NCBI GenBank assembly: GCA_963804955.1 | Contig: CAWDSQ010000020.1 | Location: 224,001 to 288,000, forward strand | DNA from: an uncultured delta proteobacterium | GTDB lineage: Bacteria > Desulfobacterota > WTBG01 > CAIYCZ01 > CAIRTM01 | Length of the DNA: 64,000 nt | Direction of reading: 5' to 3' | Shown: positions 21,234 to 32,835 of the stretch, piece by piece | Layout of the letters: each line of letters opens with the position of its first letter | How positions within the stretch are numbered: the stretch's first letter is position 1 | The notes under the pieces: model-generated | Database searches by the model: none | What the model saw: only the letters and a program-made list of their open reading frames with translations | Told to the model about the DNA's origin: nothing | Made by a program: the position numbers and the translations under genes

Positions 21234-23697
21234 TTACTTTTCAACAGGAATCCGCATATTGTAGAATGAACGGTACACAAAAATCAAGGGCTATGACAAG
21301 GAAGATTGATCCCAGGATGGCCGTACCGCTGCCTTTCATTTGAAGGGCCATTTCCATTGCCAGCAGTCCGAACAGGGTGGTGAACTTGATAATCGGGTTC
21401 AGAGCAACGGAGGATGTATCTTTGTAGGGATCGCCTACGGTATCGCCGATAACGGCAGCCGCATGCAGATCCGTACCCTTTTCCTTCAGATCGACTTCAA
21501 CTACCTTCTTTGCATTGTCCCAGCAGCCGCCGGCATTGGCCATAAAAATAGCCTGAAAAAGGCCGAAAACGGCAATAGCGATCAGATAGCTGATAAAAAA
21601 GCAGCAGGCCAGCGAGGCCTGAATCTTCTGTGCCAGCGTCGCATTTGCAGCAACCTCAGACGGTGATGAGTAGAAGGCAAAGGCAAGGGCAAAGCAGAAA
21701 ATCGCAATAAAGATATTGAACATGCCCTTCTGCGCATACTGCGTGCAGATTTTTACGACTTCCTTGGAGCTTTCAGTTGAAGCAGACAGGTTTGCGCCTT
21801 CATCAAGCTTGATATTGTTCTTGATATACATAACAGCGCGGTAGGCGCCGGTGGTCACGGCCTGCATGGAAGCGCCGGTAAACCAGTAAATGACTGCGCC
21901 GCCGCACAGGAAACCAAGCAGTGAGTAAGGATTGAGCAGGTTAAGGATTAATTCCGGCTCAAAGCCAAGAGACTTCTTCAGCAGCAGGATCAGGGAGAAG
22001 ATCATTGTCGTTGCGCCCACAACTGCCGTGCCAATGAGCACGGGCTTTGCCGTTGCCTTGAAGGTATTGCCGGCGCTGTCATTTTCCTCAAGAAACTGCT
22101 TGGCCGTATCCATATTAGGCTTGAAGCCGAAATCCTTTTCGATTTCTTTCTCAACATTGGGAATTGACTCGATAAGAGACAGCTCGTAGATTGACTGAGC
22201 ATTGTCCGTAACCGGGCCATAGCTGTCAACAGCGATGGTCACCGGGCCCATGCCGAGCATGCCGAAGGCAACAAGGCCGAAAGCAAAAATGGATGAGTAT
22301 GTCATATAGGCATCAAGGCCATGCGTGCTAGCCCAGTAGGCTATGCCCATCAGGGCGGTTATGGCCATGCCGAGCCAGAAAGCGCTGAAATTACCGGCTA
22401 CAAGACCGGAAAGAATATCAAGGGAAGCACCGCCTTCGCGGGCAGCGGTAACGCATTCCTGGCAATGCCGTGAGCTTGAACTGGTAAATGCCTTGACCAG
22501 CTCAGGGATAACAGCTGCTGCAAGGGTACCGCAGCTGATGATAATTGAAAGCCAGAGCCACAACTGCGGATCAGCAAGCTTGCCGAGCATTATTTTGCTG
22601 ACAATAAAGGTAACTACGATTGAAATAATCGAAGTAATCCAGACAAGGGACGTCAGGGGCTTTTCAAAGTCATACTTCTTGTTGGCTTCAGCCGAACCGG
22701 TAAACAATTTGTTGATGTAGTAGGAGCCGATGGAGGTAAGAATCATCAGGATGCGCATGACGAAAATCCAGGTCAGCAGCAGCATCTGATTGCTCACATC
22801 GCCTACAGCAAGAACGATGAAGGTGATGAGGGCAACACCCGTCACGCCGTAGGTTTCGAAACCATCTGCCGTAGGGCCAACGCTGTCGCCGGCATTGTCG
22901 CCCGTGCAGTCGGCAATAACGCCGGGGTTGCGCGGATCGTCTTCCTTGATTGTAAAGAAAACCTTCATAAGATCAGAGCCGATATCGGCGATCTTGGTAA
23001 AGATACCGCCGCAGATACGCAGGGCGCTGGCGCCCAGCGACTCGCCGATGGCAAAACCGACAAATGATGCGCCGGCATATTCACGGGGCACCATAAGCAG
23101 AATAATGAGCATCATGATAAGCTCAACGCAGACAAGCAGCACGCCAATGCTCATGCCTGCCGTCAAGGGGATATCAAGCAGCTTGATGGGCTTGCCTTCA
23201 AGAGAGGCAAATGCCATGCGGCTGTTGGCAAGGGTGTTCATGCGGATTCCGAACCATGCAACACCGTAGGACCCGAGAATACCGATGATCGACCAGAACA
23301 GAATCAGCAGCACCCCGCTTGTATGCATTTTCTGCAGTACGCCGAAGTAATACACGATGCAGGCGCCGATAAAAATTTCAAGAATTGCAAGAAGCTTGCC
23401 CTGCTGCAGCAGATAGGTCTGGCAGGTCTGAAAAATAATCTCCGCAACATCGAGCATCGACTTGTGAGCCGGCATATTCTTGACCTTTGCATACATGAAA
23501 TAGCCAAAAATCATGCCCAGAATGCAAACACCCAAACCAATATATAATAGTGTCTGCTGCCCGGAAGCAAGTTCGGGAATCGCCAGATCCGCTTCACTTG
23601 CCCACGACATGGCGGGTGCGGCAAGCGTCAGCAGCGCCGCCACGGCGCCTGCCCTGAATTTTGTCAGGGCCGTTAAAAACCTTTGCATACTGCTCAT
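21234..23697 (-). CDS. hppA: Membrane-bound ion-translocating pyrophosphatase, long divergent type (probable frameshift near C-terminus)
   Basis: GGIFTKIADIGSDL, EDDPRNPGVIADCTGDNAGD, DSYGPVTDNA, GNTFKATAK, GGCWDNAKK, GDTVGDPYKDTS; AGGAGG RBS. Confidence 0.92.
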
Positions 23698-23730
23698 ACA
23701 TTCCTCCTGTGTCAAAAAAATAAACTGTAG

Positions 23731-23841
23731 GGAAAAGACTACTCCGCCAGAGCCCTGGCGAAGTCATACCTGTGTGTATGTCGATACACCCGGTTTGACA
23801 CCTCATCTACTATTGCGCGGTCCGGATGTATATCGTAGTAG
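23731..23841 (-). promoter_or_regulatory. Structured 5' leader of hppA (candidate attenuator or cis-regulatory RNA)
   Basis: Three consecutive hairpins, the last followed by TCTTTT; TTGACA-N18-TATAAA promoter candidate at ~23859-23888. Confidence 0.4.
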
Positions 23842-24369
23842 TGAAAAATAATCGTATATTTATAAGCTAAAACCCCCATATATGTCAAGGTTTTATACAG
23901 TAACAACACTATAAAGACGGGCCGGTTCCGGTACGCCAGGTCCGCCCCAGAATGAAATATTATTGTCTATGTTGATGGAAACACGAAAAAAATAACTTTT
24001 TCAAAAAAATATTTTTTTGCCACTACTATAATATTTATATTATAATATACTATTAAATAGTTTAGCGTACTAGGTAAATTTGCAGGTTTCCAACATTGAC
24101 CATCAGCGAATTGATAAATAATGTGCTGGTGACAAAATTGGTTATAGGTAGAACAGCACGCTTTCGAGGACTTCGTGGTACCTTCGCCAAAAAAACTATT
24201 GTTTATTGCGCCTGAACATGAAATAGGAACCCATACAAGAATGCCGGCATTCATACAGTGCCAATATCGTTATAAATAATGTATTTAAAAATCCATGCAA
24301 AGCTTATTCGATAAAGATATGCAAAATTCAAAATATCCCCCAAAAAAAAAGTGCGAAAACTGCCAGCAC

Positions 24370-25389
24370 ATGCTGACAATAGGCTCCGTCCATCTCAGTT
24401 CTCCACTGGTGCTCGCCCCCCTGGCGGGCATTACCGACCTGCCCCTGCGCATGCTAAACCGGAGTTTCGGCTGCGAGCTTGCCTTTACCTCCATGATAAG
24501 CGCACGTGCCCTGGCCTGGACCAATCACAAAACCGAAAAAATGCTTCTAACAGAAGCCGCTGACCGGCCCCTTGGCGTGCAACTCCTTGGCGCCGACCCC
24601 GAAATGCTTGCCCGTGCAGTCGATACACTCGCTGACTTCCCTTTTGATATCCTCGATCTTAATGCGGCCTGCCCTGTTCCCAAGGTTGTGCGCAAGGGCG
24701 AAGGTTCCTGTCTAATGAAGGAGCCAAAAAAAATATACGAGCTGGTTAAAGTGCTGGTATGCCGGACGGGCTTACCGGTAACGGTCAAGCTGAGGGCCGG
24801 CTGGGACAACTTCAGCCGCAATGCCTGCGAGGCCGCTTTGTACGCCCAGGATGCAGGCGCGAGCGCAGTTTTTATTCATGGCAGAACACGGGCACAGGAA
24901 TACCGCGGCAGGGTACAGTATGAATCGATTCGGGAGGTTAAAAAAGCACTTTCGATTCCCGTTATCGGCAGCGGCGACGCTTTTTCACCGCGGCTTATCA
25001 AAAAGATGCTGGATGAAACCGGCTGCGACGGAGTCGCGATCGCTCGCGGCGCCCTCGGGAACCCGTGGCTTTTCCATGAAACAAATTTATTTTTAGCAGG
25101 GAAACCTTCACCAGACCGGCCCGGACCTGCAGATATAATCGCTGTTATGCAGCATCATCTTGACCTGTGCTGCGCATTTCATGGAGAATCGCTCGGTACA
25201 AAACTTTTCCGTAAATTTTTTTCCTGGTATTCAAAAGCATTTCTGAATATCAAACCCCTTCGCATAAGAGCTTTTGGTGCTGCAACGCAACAGGAGATGC
25301 TGGAGGTGATCGATGAAATGTCCGGTCTTGGCATGGAGCCCGGTGCGCCGGTCTATGCATCCCGCGAAGCAGATGTTTGTGTGGAATAA
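24370..25389 (+). CDS. dusB: tRNA-dihydrouridine synthase DusB
   Basis: LAPLAGITD, DLNAACP..KV, PVTVKLR, HGRT, RGALGNPW. Confidence 0.9.
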   Translation: MLTIGSVHLSSPLVLAPLAGITDLPLRMLNRSFGCELAFTSMISARALAWTNHKTEKMLLTEAADRPLGVQLLGADPEMLARAVDTLADFPFDILDLNAACPVPKVVRKGEGSCLMKEPKKIYELVKVLVCRTGLPVTVKLRAGWDNFSRNACEAALYAQDAGASAVFIHGRTRAQEYRGRVQYESIREVKKALSIPVIGSGDAFSPRLIKKMLDETGCDGVAIARGALGNPWLFHETNLFLAGKPSPDRPGPADIIAVMQHHLDLCCAFHGESLGTKLFRKFFSWYSKAFLNIKPLRIRAFGAATQQEMLEVIDEMSGLGMEPGAPVYASREADVCVE

Positions 25390-25449
25390 GAAAATTCAGG
25401 TTAAGTGAAAATCTCAAAGTCATTATTCTGATAATGCATCTATAAGCTA

Positions 25450-25477
25450 TTGACACTATGGTGCCACATGCTAGAAT
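25450..25477 (+). promoter_or_regulatory. Sigma70-type promoter for radA
   Basis: TTGACA-N16-TAGAAT with extended -10 TG. Confidence 0.55.
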
Positions 25478-25512
25478 CCGTCAACATTTACAGAGCATCG
25501 GCGCATCGTAAT

Positions 25513-26884
25513 ATGTCAAAACTAAAAAATATATTCACCTGTTCGTTCTGCGGCTTTCAATCACCCAAATGGCTGGGCAAATGCCCGGACTGCGACCAGT
25601 GGAACACCTTCTATGAAGAGCTGCAAAAAACGCCTTCAAAACGCGCGCAATTCGAATTTGATGCAGGCCCCCGGCAGGGACCGGTTTCGCTGCACACAAT
25701 CAGCACAGCACAATGATGACAGAATTCCAACCGGCATCGGAGAACTGGACCGCGTGCTGGGCGGGGGGCTGGTACGGGGCGCGGTCATTCTCATCGGCGG
25801 AGATCCGGGCATAGGGAAATCGACCCTGGTGCTGCAGGCTCTCACAAGCCTTGCCTGCCGCGGCATAAAAGCTCTGTACGTGTCGGGTGAAGAATCGCTG
25901 AGGCAGCTGAGGATGCGCGCCGAGCGCCTGGGCTCACTGCCTGAGAACCTTTTCATTCTTACTGAAACAGCCCTTGAAACCATTATCGAGCATATCAGGG
26001 AATTCAAGCCCGAGATTCTTGTTATCGACTCAGTGCAGACCATCTACACCGGTGAGCTTGAATCTGCGCCGGGAAGCGTCAGCCAGCTGAGGGAGACATC
26101 GGCGAGGATTATCAGCCTTGCAAAGCAAAGTGAAACAGCTACTTTCCTGGTCGGCCATGTGACCAAGGAGGGAGCAATAGCGGGCCCCCGCGTGCTTGAA
26201 CATATGGTCGACACGGTTCTTTACTTTGAAGGAGACAGGGGGCACGCCTACCGCATTCTCAGAGCTGTAAAAAACCGCTTCGGCTCAACCGACGAAATAG
26301 GTGTGTTCGAAATGGGTTCTGCCGGCCTCATGGAGGTTGCCAGCCCGTCGGAGCTTTTCATCTCTGAGCGGCCTGAACATGCTCCAGGATCGACCGTAGT
26401 GCCGAGCATCGAAGGCACGAGGCCGATTCTTGTCGAGGTGCAGGCACTGACCGCGCCCACACCGCTTGCCATGCCACGGCGCACTGCAATCGGCATTGAT
26501 CAGAACCGCACATCAGTGCTTGTCGCCGTGCTTGAAAAAAAGCTCGGCATGACGCTGTTTAATCAGGATATTTTTCTTAATGTCGCCGGCGGTATCAGGC
26601 TGAATGAGCCGGGAGTTGATCTTGGAATCATCACGTCTATCGTCTCAAGCAAGCTTGAAAAGCCCATGCCGGGCAGGACGGTCGTCTGCGGTGAGGTTGG
26701 CCTGACCGGCGAAGTGCGCGCAATAAGCCAGATTGCGCCGCGCATCAAGGAAGCCGAGCGGCTGGGCTTTTCACAGTGCATACTGCCTAAAAAAAATATG
26801 AAGGGCCAGCCTGGCTCATCAAAAATGAAGCTTATCGGGGTTGAGTCAGTTCAGGAAGCAATAGATCATCTGTTCAAAAAATAG
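25513..26884 (+). CDS. radA: DNA repair protein RadA/Sms (frameshift ~25712)
   Basis: C4 zinc finger (CSFC..KWLGKCPDC), GDPGIGKST, KNRFG, Lon-like C-terminus. Confidence 0.95.
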
Positions 26885-26899
26885 AAAGGATCGTCCAGC

Positions 26900-27575
26900 A
26901 TGTCCATCATAGCACGTGCGGGGTATCCGGTCATCGGAGCCATCGCCATAATCGCAGCCTTTTTTATTCTCATTTCTTCATTCACCTCAGGCCCCGGCCA
27001 GACCCTTTTCCGAATTCTGGGAGGGCTCGGCATTTTTTTCTTTTTCTTTTCACTCTATTTTTTCCGCGACCCGGAACGCATAATCCCCACTGCCCCCGAA
27101 CTTCTGCTCTCGCCTGCCGACGGCACTATTATCGATATCGCGGAAATGGATGAACCGGTATATCTCAAGACCACGTGCTAAACGGGTGAGCATTTTCATG
27201 TCGGTTTTCAATGTGCATGTCAACCGTGCACCCATGGATGGCACTGTGGAATTGCTGCACTATAATCCAGGAAAATTCATCTCGGCATTCAAAGACAAGG
27301 CTTCTGAGGAAAATGAAAGCATTTTTGCAGGAATAAAAGGAAAGGACGGAAATGTCCGAATTTCAGTGAAGTTTATAGCCGGCCTGATTGCGCGGCGGAT
27401 TGTCTTCTATAAGCAGCTCAACGAGAAAATAACGCAGGGTGAACGCATAAATATGATTCGCTTCGGCTCCCGTGTAAATATTTTCTGCCCAATCGATTCA
27501 GCAATCAATGTAAAAAAAGGTGAAGCAGTAACAGCCGGCATGACCGTAATAGCCGTTCTTAAGAAAGGTGCGTAA
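26900..27575 (+). CDS. psd: Phosphatidylserine decarboxylase proenzyme (frameshift ~27175)
   Basis: FFRDPER, SPADG, SIFMSVFNVHVNR, AGLIARRI, RFGSRV. Confidence 0.9.
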
Positions 27576-28611
27576 ACGTAACGCTTTTCCGGCGCCGCTC
27601 TTTGCTTTCTATCTCGCCGATGGTATAGGCATTCTGCTGCATGGCCTTGAGCCGCTGCAGGACATCTTCCTCCTGTGCCGCAGGAACCACCAGCACGAGG
27701 CCGATCCCATTATTAAACGTACGCATCATCTCTTCTTCTTCAACATTGCCCCTGTCTTTCAGGAAATAAAAAATCGGCGGGACCGGCCATGAACCGGGCC
27801 TGAGATGGGCAAGGCACCCTGCGGGAAGAATACGGGCGATATTGTCGACCAGGCCGCCTCCTGTAATATGGGCGATGCCTTTGAGCTTAAAATCGCGCAT
27901 GAGGTTGAGCACCGCTTTTACATAAATGCGCGTAGGCTTTATAAGTTCCTCACCGACTGTGCAGCCAAGCTCCTGCACATAATCAGTAATCTTGAGATGC
28001 AGATTATCAAACATAATAGTGCGGGCAAGGGAGAGGCCATTGCTGTGTACACCGCTGGAGGCAATGCCGATAATCTTGTCGCCGACGGTAATTGTAGATC
28101 CGTCAATCACTTTGTCTTTATCAACAACGCCTACCACAAAGCCGGCTAAGTCGTATTCACCGTTGGGATAAAATGACGGCATCTCGGCCGTCTCTCCGCC
28201 AACCAGGGCGCAGCCGGAATCCTTGCAGCCTTCCACCATTCCTTTAACAAGGTCTACAAGAATATCATTATTGATCTTGCCCATGGAAATATAGTCAAGC
28301 ATGAACAAAGGCTCGGCTCCCTGCACGATGATATCATTGACGCACATGGCGACAAGATCAATGCCGACGGTGTCGTGCTTATTCATCATGAATGCCACTT
28401 TCAGCTTGGTGCCGACACCATCAGTGGAGGCAACAAGCACGGGCTCTTTATACTTCTGATGGTTCAATGCAAAGAGGCTGCCGAAACCGCCGATACCGGC
28501 AAGAACTTCATGCCGGAATGTGGGCTTCACAAGAGTTTTCAGTGACTGCACAAAACGGTCAGCCGCATTGATATCAACACCCGAATCCTTATATGTAAAC
28601 TTTTTTTCCAT
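27559..28611 (-). CDS. purM: Phosphoribosylformylglycinamidine cyclo-ligase (AIR synthase)
   Basis: TYKDSGVD, TDGVGTK, GGETAEMP, HSNG, HITGGG. Confidence 0.96.
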   Translation of the reverse strand: MEKKFTYKDSGVDINAADRFVQSLKTLVKPTFRHEVLAGIGGFGSLFALNHQKYKEPVLVASTDGVGTKLKVAFMMNKHDTVGIDLVAMCVNDIIVQGAEPLFMLDYISMGKINNDILVDLVKGMVEGCKDSGCALVGGETAEMPSFYPNGEYDLAGFVVGVVDKDKVIDGSTITVGDKIIGIASSGVHSNGLSLARTIMFDNLHLKITDYVQELGCTVGEELIKPTRIYVKAVLNLMRDFKLKGIAHITGGGLVDNIARILPAGCLAHLRPGSWPVPPIFYFLKDRGNVEEEEMMRTFNNGIGLVLVVPAAQEEDVLQRLKAMQQNAYTIGEIESKERRRKSVTFTHLS

Positions 28612-28774
28612 AGTGGTGCGTCATCCTGTAAGTTGATAGAGTGTACTTTATGTATAGCAGAATGTATTTTAAGAAGAAAGAGAAAAGCACGCCTCAGGCA
28701 TCTTGAAACAGTAATTTGTTATGAATTCCAAAATTTTTTTTTGCAATATAGATGATTTTCATATGAAAGGTCAT

Positions 28775-29089
28775 TCAATCCTCAGAGCAGGCCAACTGCT
28801 CCGGCAGAGGCAATGATTCAAGAATAACAATTGTGGCACCCCATCCGCCTGCATCATCAGAGGCCTGATAAAAATCAATCACCTCAGGCAGGCGGCAAAG
28901 CACACGATGAACGGTCTGCCGCAATACGCCCCTGCCTTTGCCATGTATAATCCTGACCTGCAAAATACCTTTTTCCCGGCATGCCGCAAGATAGTCAGGC
29001 ACCAGATATCTGCAATCGGCAGGCTGAAAAGTGTGCAGATCGAGCACATCATCAATCGGGAGCCGGAAGAACTCATCAGTCTTTTCCAT
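28775..29089 (-). CDS. Smr/MutS2 C-terminal domain protein
   Basis: LDLHTF, IIHGKG.GVLR, GGWGAT. Confidence 0.88.
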   Translation of the reverse strand: MEKTDEFFRLPIDDVLDLHTFQPADCRYLVPDYLAACREKGILQVRIIHGKGRGVLRQTVHRVLCRLPEVIDFYQASDDAGGWGATIVILESLPLPEQLACSED

Positions 29090-29225
29090 AGCATCTGTTT
29101 TAAAAATATGTCAGTAGGCCAAGCGGTAGGCTGCATCTAAATAAAAAGTTATGAATAAACAATTTGATTTTTAGTTCAAATTTGAATAAGTTACAATCAT
29201 AAAATTAAGTTATTGTGTTCATCGG

Positions 29226-29844
29226 ATGAAATCAAAAAAATACACTTATTATTGCCACTTGCTCATGGGCGGTTTTGCTCACCATTTCCTTCTGGGCAAG
29301 CATCTGCATGGGCTGGGGACCGGCAGAAAGCGAGCATGACCCGGCATCGGTATGGATGTATGTTCGACGGGGGCTTTTGCTGACAGGTGCGCTGCTGCTG
29401 CCGCGCATTGCCGGCGGCAGGGGTGCAGAAACCTATGGCTGGAAAATATCCTTCAAGTGGTTTCTGATTGCCGTTCCTCTTGGCATAGCTATGGGTTTCG
29501 GCAACAAAGGCGGGTTCGACCCCCGCTTTGTGTCGGCGCTGCTGCTTGCCTGCATGCATGCACTGGCAACAGAACTTTTTTTCAGAGCCTACCTCATAAC
29601 AGCCCTGTCTTCTGTTTTCAAGACATTCTGGACGCCGGTCATCATCTCATCGCTCATGTACGGGATCTATTATCTGACTGTCTGGACAGCATGGTCTCAG
29701 CCCGGCGCACTCAAATTTGCATTTGTAGGACTTTTTACCTTCATCGGACTTATTCATGGTTACTGCTACAAAAAATCCAACAGCTTTCTGGTGCCCTGGC
29801 TGATACATTTTCTTGGAGTATTGAAGTACAGGGTTTTCTTATAA
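29226..29844 (+). CDS. CPBP (CAAX/Abi) family intramembrane protease-like protein (start uncertain)
   Basis: TELFFRAYL, SSLMYG and PWLIH motifs; hydrophobic. Confidence 0.7.
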
Positions 29845-29869
29845 CATAGTACAAAAAAGTAAGGCTGCC

Positions 29870-30778
29870 ATGAAAATTATAAGAAACATTTTTATCGTTC
29901 TTGCCGCTCTGTATGCCTGCTGCATCATCTATGCGCTCATCCCGCAAAAATCAATTCCCGTGCAGGAACTTGCGGGGAAACACAGTCAGTTCATCAATGT
30001 AAGCGGGAGAATGCTGCATTATGAAAAAAAAGGCACTGGTAAGCCTGTAATTCTCGTGCATGGCTTTGCAGGCTCAACGTATACATGGAGGAATGTTATA
30101 CCACTGCTGGCTCAGCAGTATGAGGTTTATGCTGTTGATCTGCTGGGCTTCGGTCTTTCTGACAAACCTGCCGACGGCGGCTATTCCCTTGCTGATCAAG
30201 GGCAGCTGATCATCGCTTTTATAGAAAAACTCAAGCTGCAGCAGCCAACGATTGTTGGTCATTCCATGGGAGGAGTCATTACCGCGCTCGCAGCAATGCA
30301 ATCGCCTGAAAAAATCCGGAGGCTCGTCCTGATTGATGCCGGAATCTATCATGGCGGCCCACCTCAGTTTTTAAAATATTTCTTTTTCCCTTTTGATGTT
30401 ATAACCGCGAGGTTATTTTATACTAAAGGCGCTCGGACAAGGAGCCTTCAAAATTCATATTTCAACCAGTCAATGATTACTAATGAGCTGGTAAACAATT
30501 ATCTTAAGCCCGCCGGTACACCGGGCGCGGCTGCTGTTGTGGCCAGCATGAACAAGTTTGCTTCTATCAGGTATGAAGATATCAGCGTCAGGCTGCAGAC
30601 GCCGACACTACTTGTGTGGGGCCGATATGACAGGATCGTACCCGTGACTGATGCCGAACGGCTTCATAAGGAAATAAAGGGCTCTCAGCTTGCTGTCATT
30701 GATGACGCAGGACACATGGTACAGGAGGAAAAGCCAAATGAAGTTGCCTCGGCGATACAAAAATTTCTGGAACAATAA
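29870..30778 (+). CDS. Alpha/beta fold hydrolase with N-terminal membrane anchor
   Basis: HGF, DLLGFG.SD, GHSMG, WGRYD, GH motifs. Confidence 0.9.
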   Translation: MKIIRNIFIVLAALYACCIIYALIPQKSIPVQELAGKHSQFINVSGRMLHYEKKGTGKPVILVHGFAGSTYTWRNVIPLLAQQYEVYAVDLLGFGLSDKPADGGYSLADQGQLIIAFIEKLKLQQPTIVGHSMGGVITALAAMQSPEKIRRLVLIDAGIYHGGPPQFLKYFFFPFDVITARLFYTKGARTRSLQNSYFNQSMITNELVNNYLKPAGTPGAAAVVASMNKFASIRYEDISVRLQTPTLLVWGRYDRIVPVTDAERLHKEIKGSQLAVIDDAGHMVQEEKPNEVASAIQKFLEQ

Positions 30779-30921
30779 AAATTCGTCATAAGACCATGCA
30801 TGACAGCATTACACAATGTACAAAACCAGATAAATAGCATATTCTTCGGCCGCCAGAGCGGAATCGAGCGTGCTCTTGATGTTTTTTACGACATCCGGTG
30901 ATATACGGCGAGCTGACAGAC

Positions 30922-30960
30922 TAAAAGCCGGGCTGATGATCTTCATCGCAGCCCGGCTTA
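30922..30960. terminator. Intrinsic terminator between convergent genes
   Basis: AAGCCGGGCTG...CAGCCCGGCTT stem. Confidence 0.7.
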
Positions 30961-30979
30961 AATTTGAATCGTTCTTTGT

Positions 30980-31561
30980 TTATGCCTCAAGCGCAGCCCC
31001 GAGTTTTTTTCCTGCCTCTTCAGCCCGCTTGAGCACATCGGGCATATCATCTATATCGTTCATGCCAACAACTTCGGCAAGCTGCGCCACGATTTTCATT
31101 TTTGAGCAGTCATCGAAGGCAAATTTCAGGGTCTCAATTGTTCGTTGGTGCCCCGAACCTGCAACCGTAGTAATAATTACGGCAGGCTTGCCGGCATGTG
31201 GCCTGTCGCCAAGCCATGGCATGTCGGGATGATATGCAGGCCCCTGACTGCGGTAAAAAATTGCCATGGTGCGGTCTATAAAATCCTTCGTCGCACCGTT
31301 TAAATCAAAAAAATATGTTGGGCCGCCTATGATAAGCCCGTCGGACTGCAGAAGTTGCTCATACACCTGATCCATATCATCACGAATAGAGCACTGTCCC
31401 TCGTTCATCATGCAGGCGCCGCAGCCCGAACATGGTTTGATATCGAGCTTGCCGAGATAGATAAGCTCAAAGTCGCAGCCTGATGCCTCGGCGACTTTCT
31501 TTACAAGCTTATTCGTGTTGCTCTCCTCCCGATGACTGCCGCAGATGCCTAAAATTTTCAT
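30980..31561 (-). CDS. Iron-sulfur flavoprotein (Isf)-like flavodoxin family protein
   Basis: MKILGICGS.R..SNT, CSGCGAC-x5-C..RDD, GPTYF, KDFIDR. Confidence 0.85.
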   Translation of the reverse strand: MKILGICGSHREESNTNKLVKKVAEASGCDFELIYLGKLDIKPCSGCGACMMNEGQCSIRDDMDQVYEQLLQSDGLIIGGPTYFFDLNGATKDFIDRTMAIFYRSQGPAYHPDMPWLGDRPHAGKPAVIITTVAGSGHQRTIETLKFAFDDCSKMKIVAQLAEVVGMNDIDDMPDVLKRAEEAGKKLGAALEA

Positions 31562-31602
31562 GGCCACAGCTCCTTCCATAATTAGTATTCAAAAAGGTAT
31601 AC

Positions 31603-31642
31603 AAAAAAAGGCTGGGTACAGGCATGTCTGTACCCAGCTTTT
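31603..31642 (-). terminator. Intrinsic terminator after the 4Fe-4S membrane protein gene
   Basis: GCTGGGTACA...TGTACCCAGC stem with a minus-strand U-run. Confidence 0.7.
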
Positions 31643-31691
31643 CTATCTTTATCAATTGGACTCTGCATCGCGGCACATTGTGCGGCCAGGC

Positions 31692-32820
31692 CTAGGCAGC
31701 TTTAGGCGCATCAGGTATGCCGGTCTTTGATTCGACTTTTAGCCGGGCTTTTTCAGCAGGGTCACGCTTATAGGTTATAACCCCCTCAAAGGGGCAGGCT
31801 TCCATGCAGCTGAAGCAGAGGCAGCAGGTTGCCGGCATTTCATTGTCCTGATTGCGAATGTCAATATAGAACGGACAGGCCTTTTCTGCCTGGCAGACCT
31901 TGCAGTTTTTGCACTTTGAACGGTTATAGCGAATGCGCCACAGGCTGTTATGGCAGTTGATGCCGCGGTATGATGAAAGCCAGCAAAAATGCGTGCACAT
32001 CTTGCGCCACTTAAATACGAGGGACAGTATAAATAAGACCATACATAAAGGCAATCGGATACCAGGCAACACCGGTAAGATCCCATACGGTTTCTGCAAA
32101 AAACATGGGAAACCAGGACAGCAGCAGCGTTGCCGGGAACAGGGGAGCCCGGACATCAGCCTTGCCGCTGATATTCATGCAGGCAGTGCTGCTTTGTGAA
32201 TCAATTGCTTTCGGCAGATTCTCAATAGGCCGTTTGAATGTCATATTTTTATAAAGGGCGTCCTGCAAAGTTGCATTGGGGCAAATCCAGCCGCAGATTA
32301 CGCGGCCGAAAAATACCGGAAAGAGCGCCACTGTGGTCACATGAAACATGGCCCAGAACAGCATGTCGGGCCGTGTGCCTTTGATAAAACAAAATGATGT
32401 AACCGATGCCCAGATCATAAAGATACTGCACTGAACGAATGTGCGGATGGTAACGGCTTTCAGGCGCGGCTTTCTGGGCGGCTTCTCTTCGGACGAGCCG
32501 GTGATTAATACGAGACAGGGGACCAGACAGGTCAGCAGTGAAAGCAAAAACAGCAAAGGATTACCATCGCCTGCTTGAAGCGGAGTAGCGGCGGTAAAAA
32601 GGGTTACGCCAAGCGGCAGCATCCACACATGACCGGCAAGACTTGGTTTCGGGGTAAAATAATCTTTGTGAAAGAGACAAAAAAAGCCGGCAAAAAAAGC
32701 AAACAGGAGGCCCGGCTGCAGATATTTCAGTGGTGTGAACACGCCGATGAGATAGAGAAAAATGGCTGAAAAAAGTGCCCACTTATTTATTCTTACAAAG
32801 CTGTCTTTAGCAATCATCAT
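31692..32820 (-). CDS. Polytopic membrane 4Fe-4S binding protein (NapH/MauN/RdxA-like; frameshift ~32020)
   Basis: FFGRVICGWICP, CTHFC, CKNCKVC..ACP, CCLCFSCMEACP; about 8 TM helices. Confidence 0.8.
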
Positions 32821-32835
32821 GGCATCTCACCTCCT

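Noticed and set aside
24252..24263. TGGCAC on the minus strand as a sigma54 promoter
   Set aside because: No GC or GT at the required GG-N10 spacing.
23960..24300. Possible small RNA or short ORF between hppA and dusB
   Set aside because: No recognisable 6S, tmRNA, SRP or RNase P features; the short ORFs lack an RBS and recognisable motifs.
27559..27575. Convergent 3' overlap of psd and purM
   Set aside because: A 17-bp tail-to-tail overlap is common and may be altered by indel errors.
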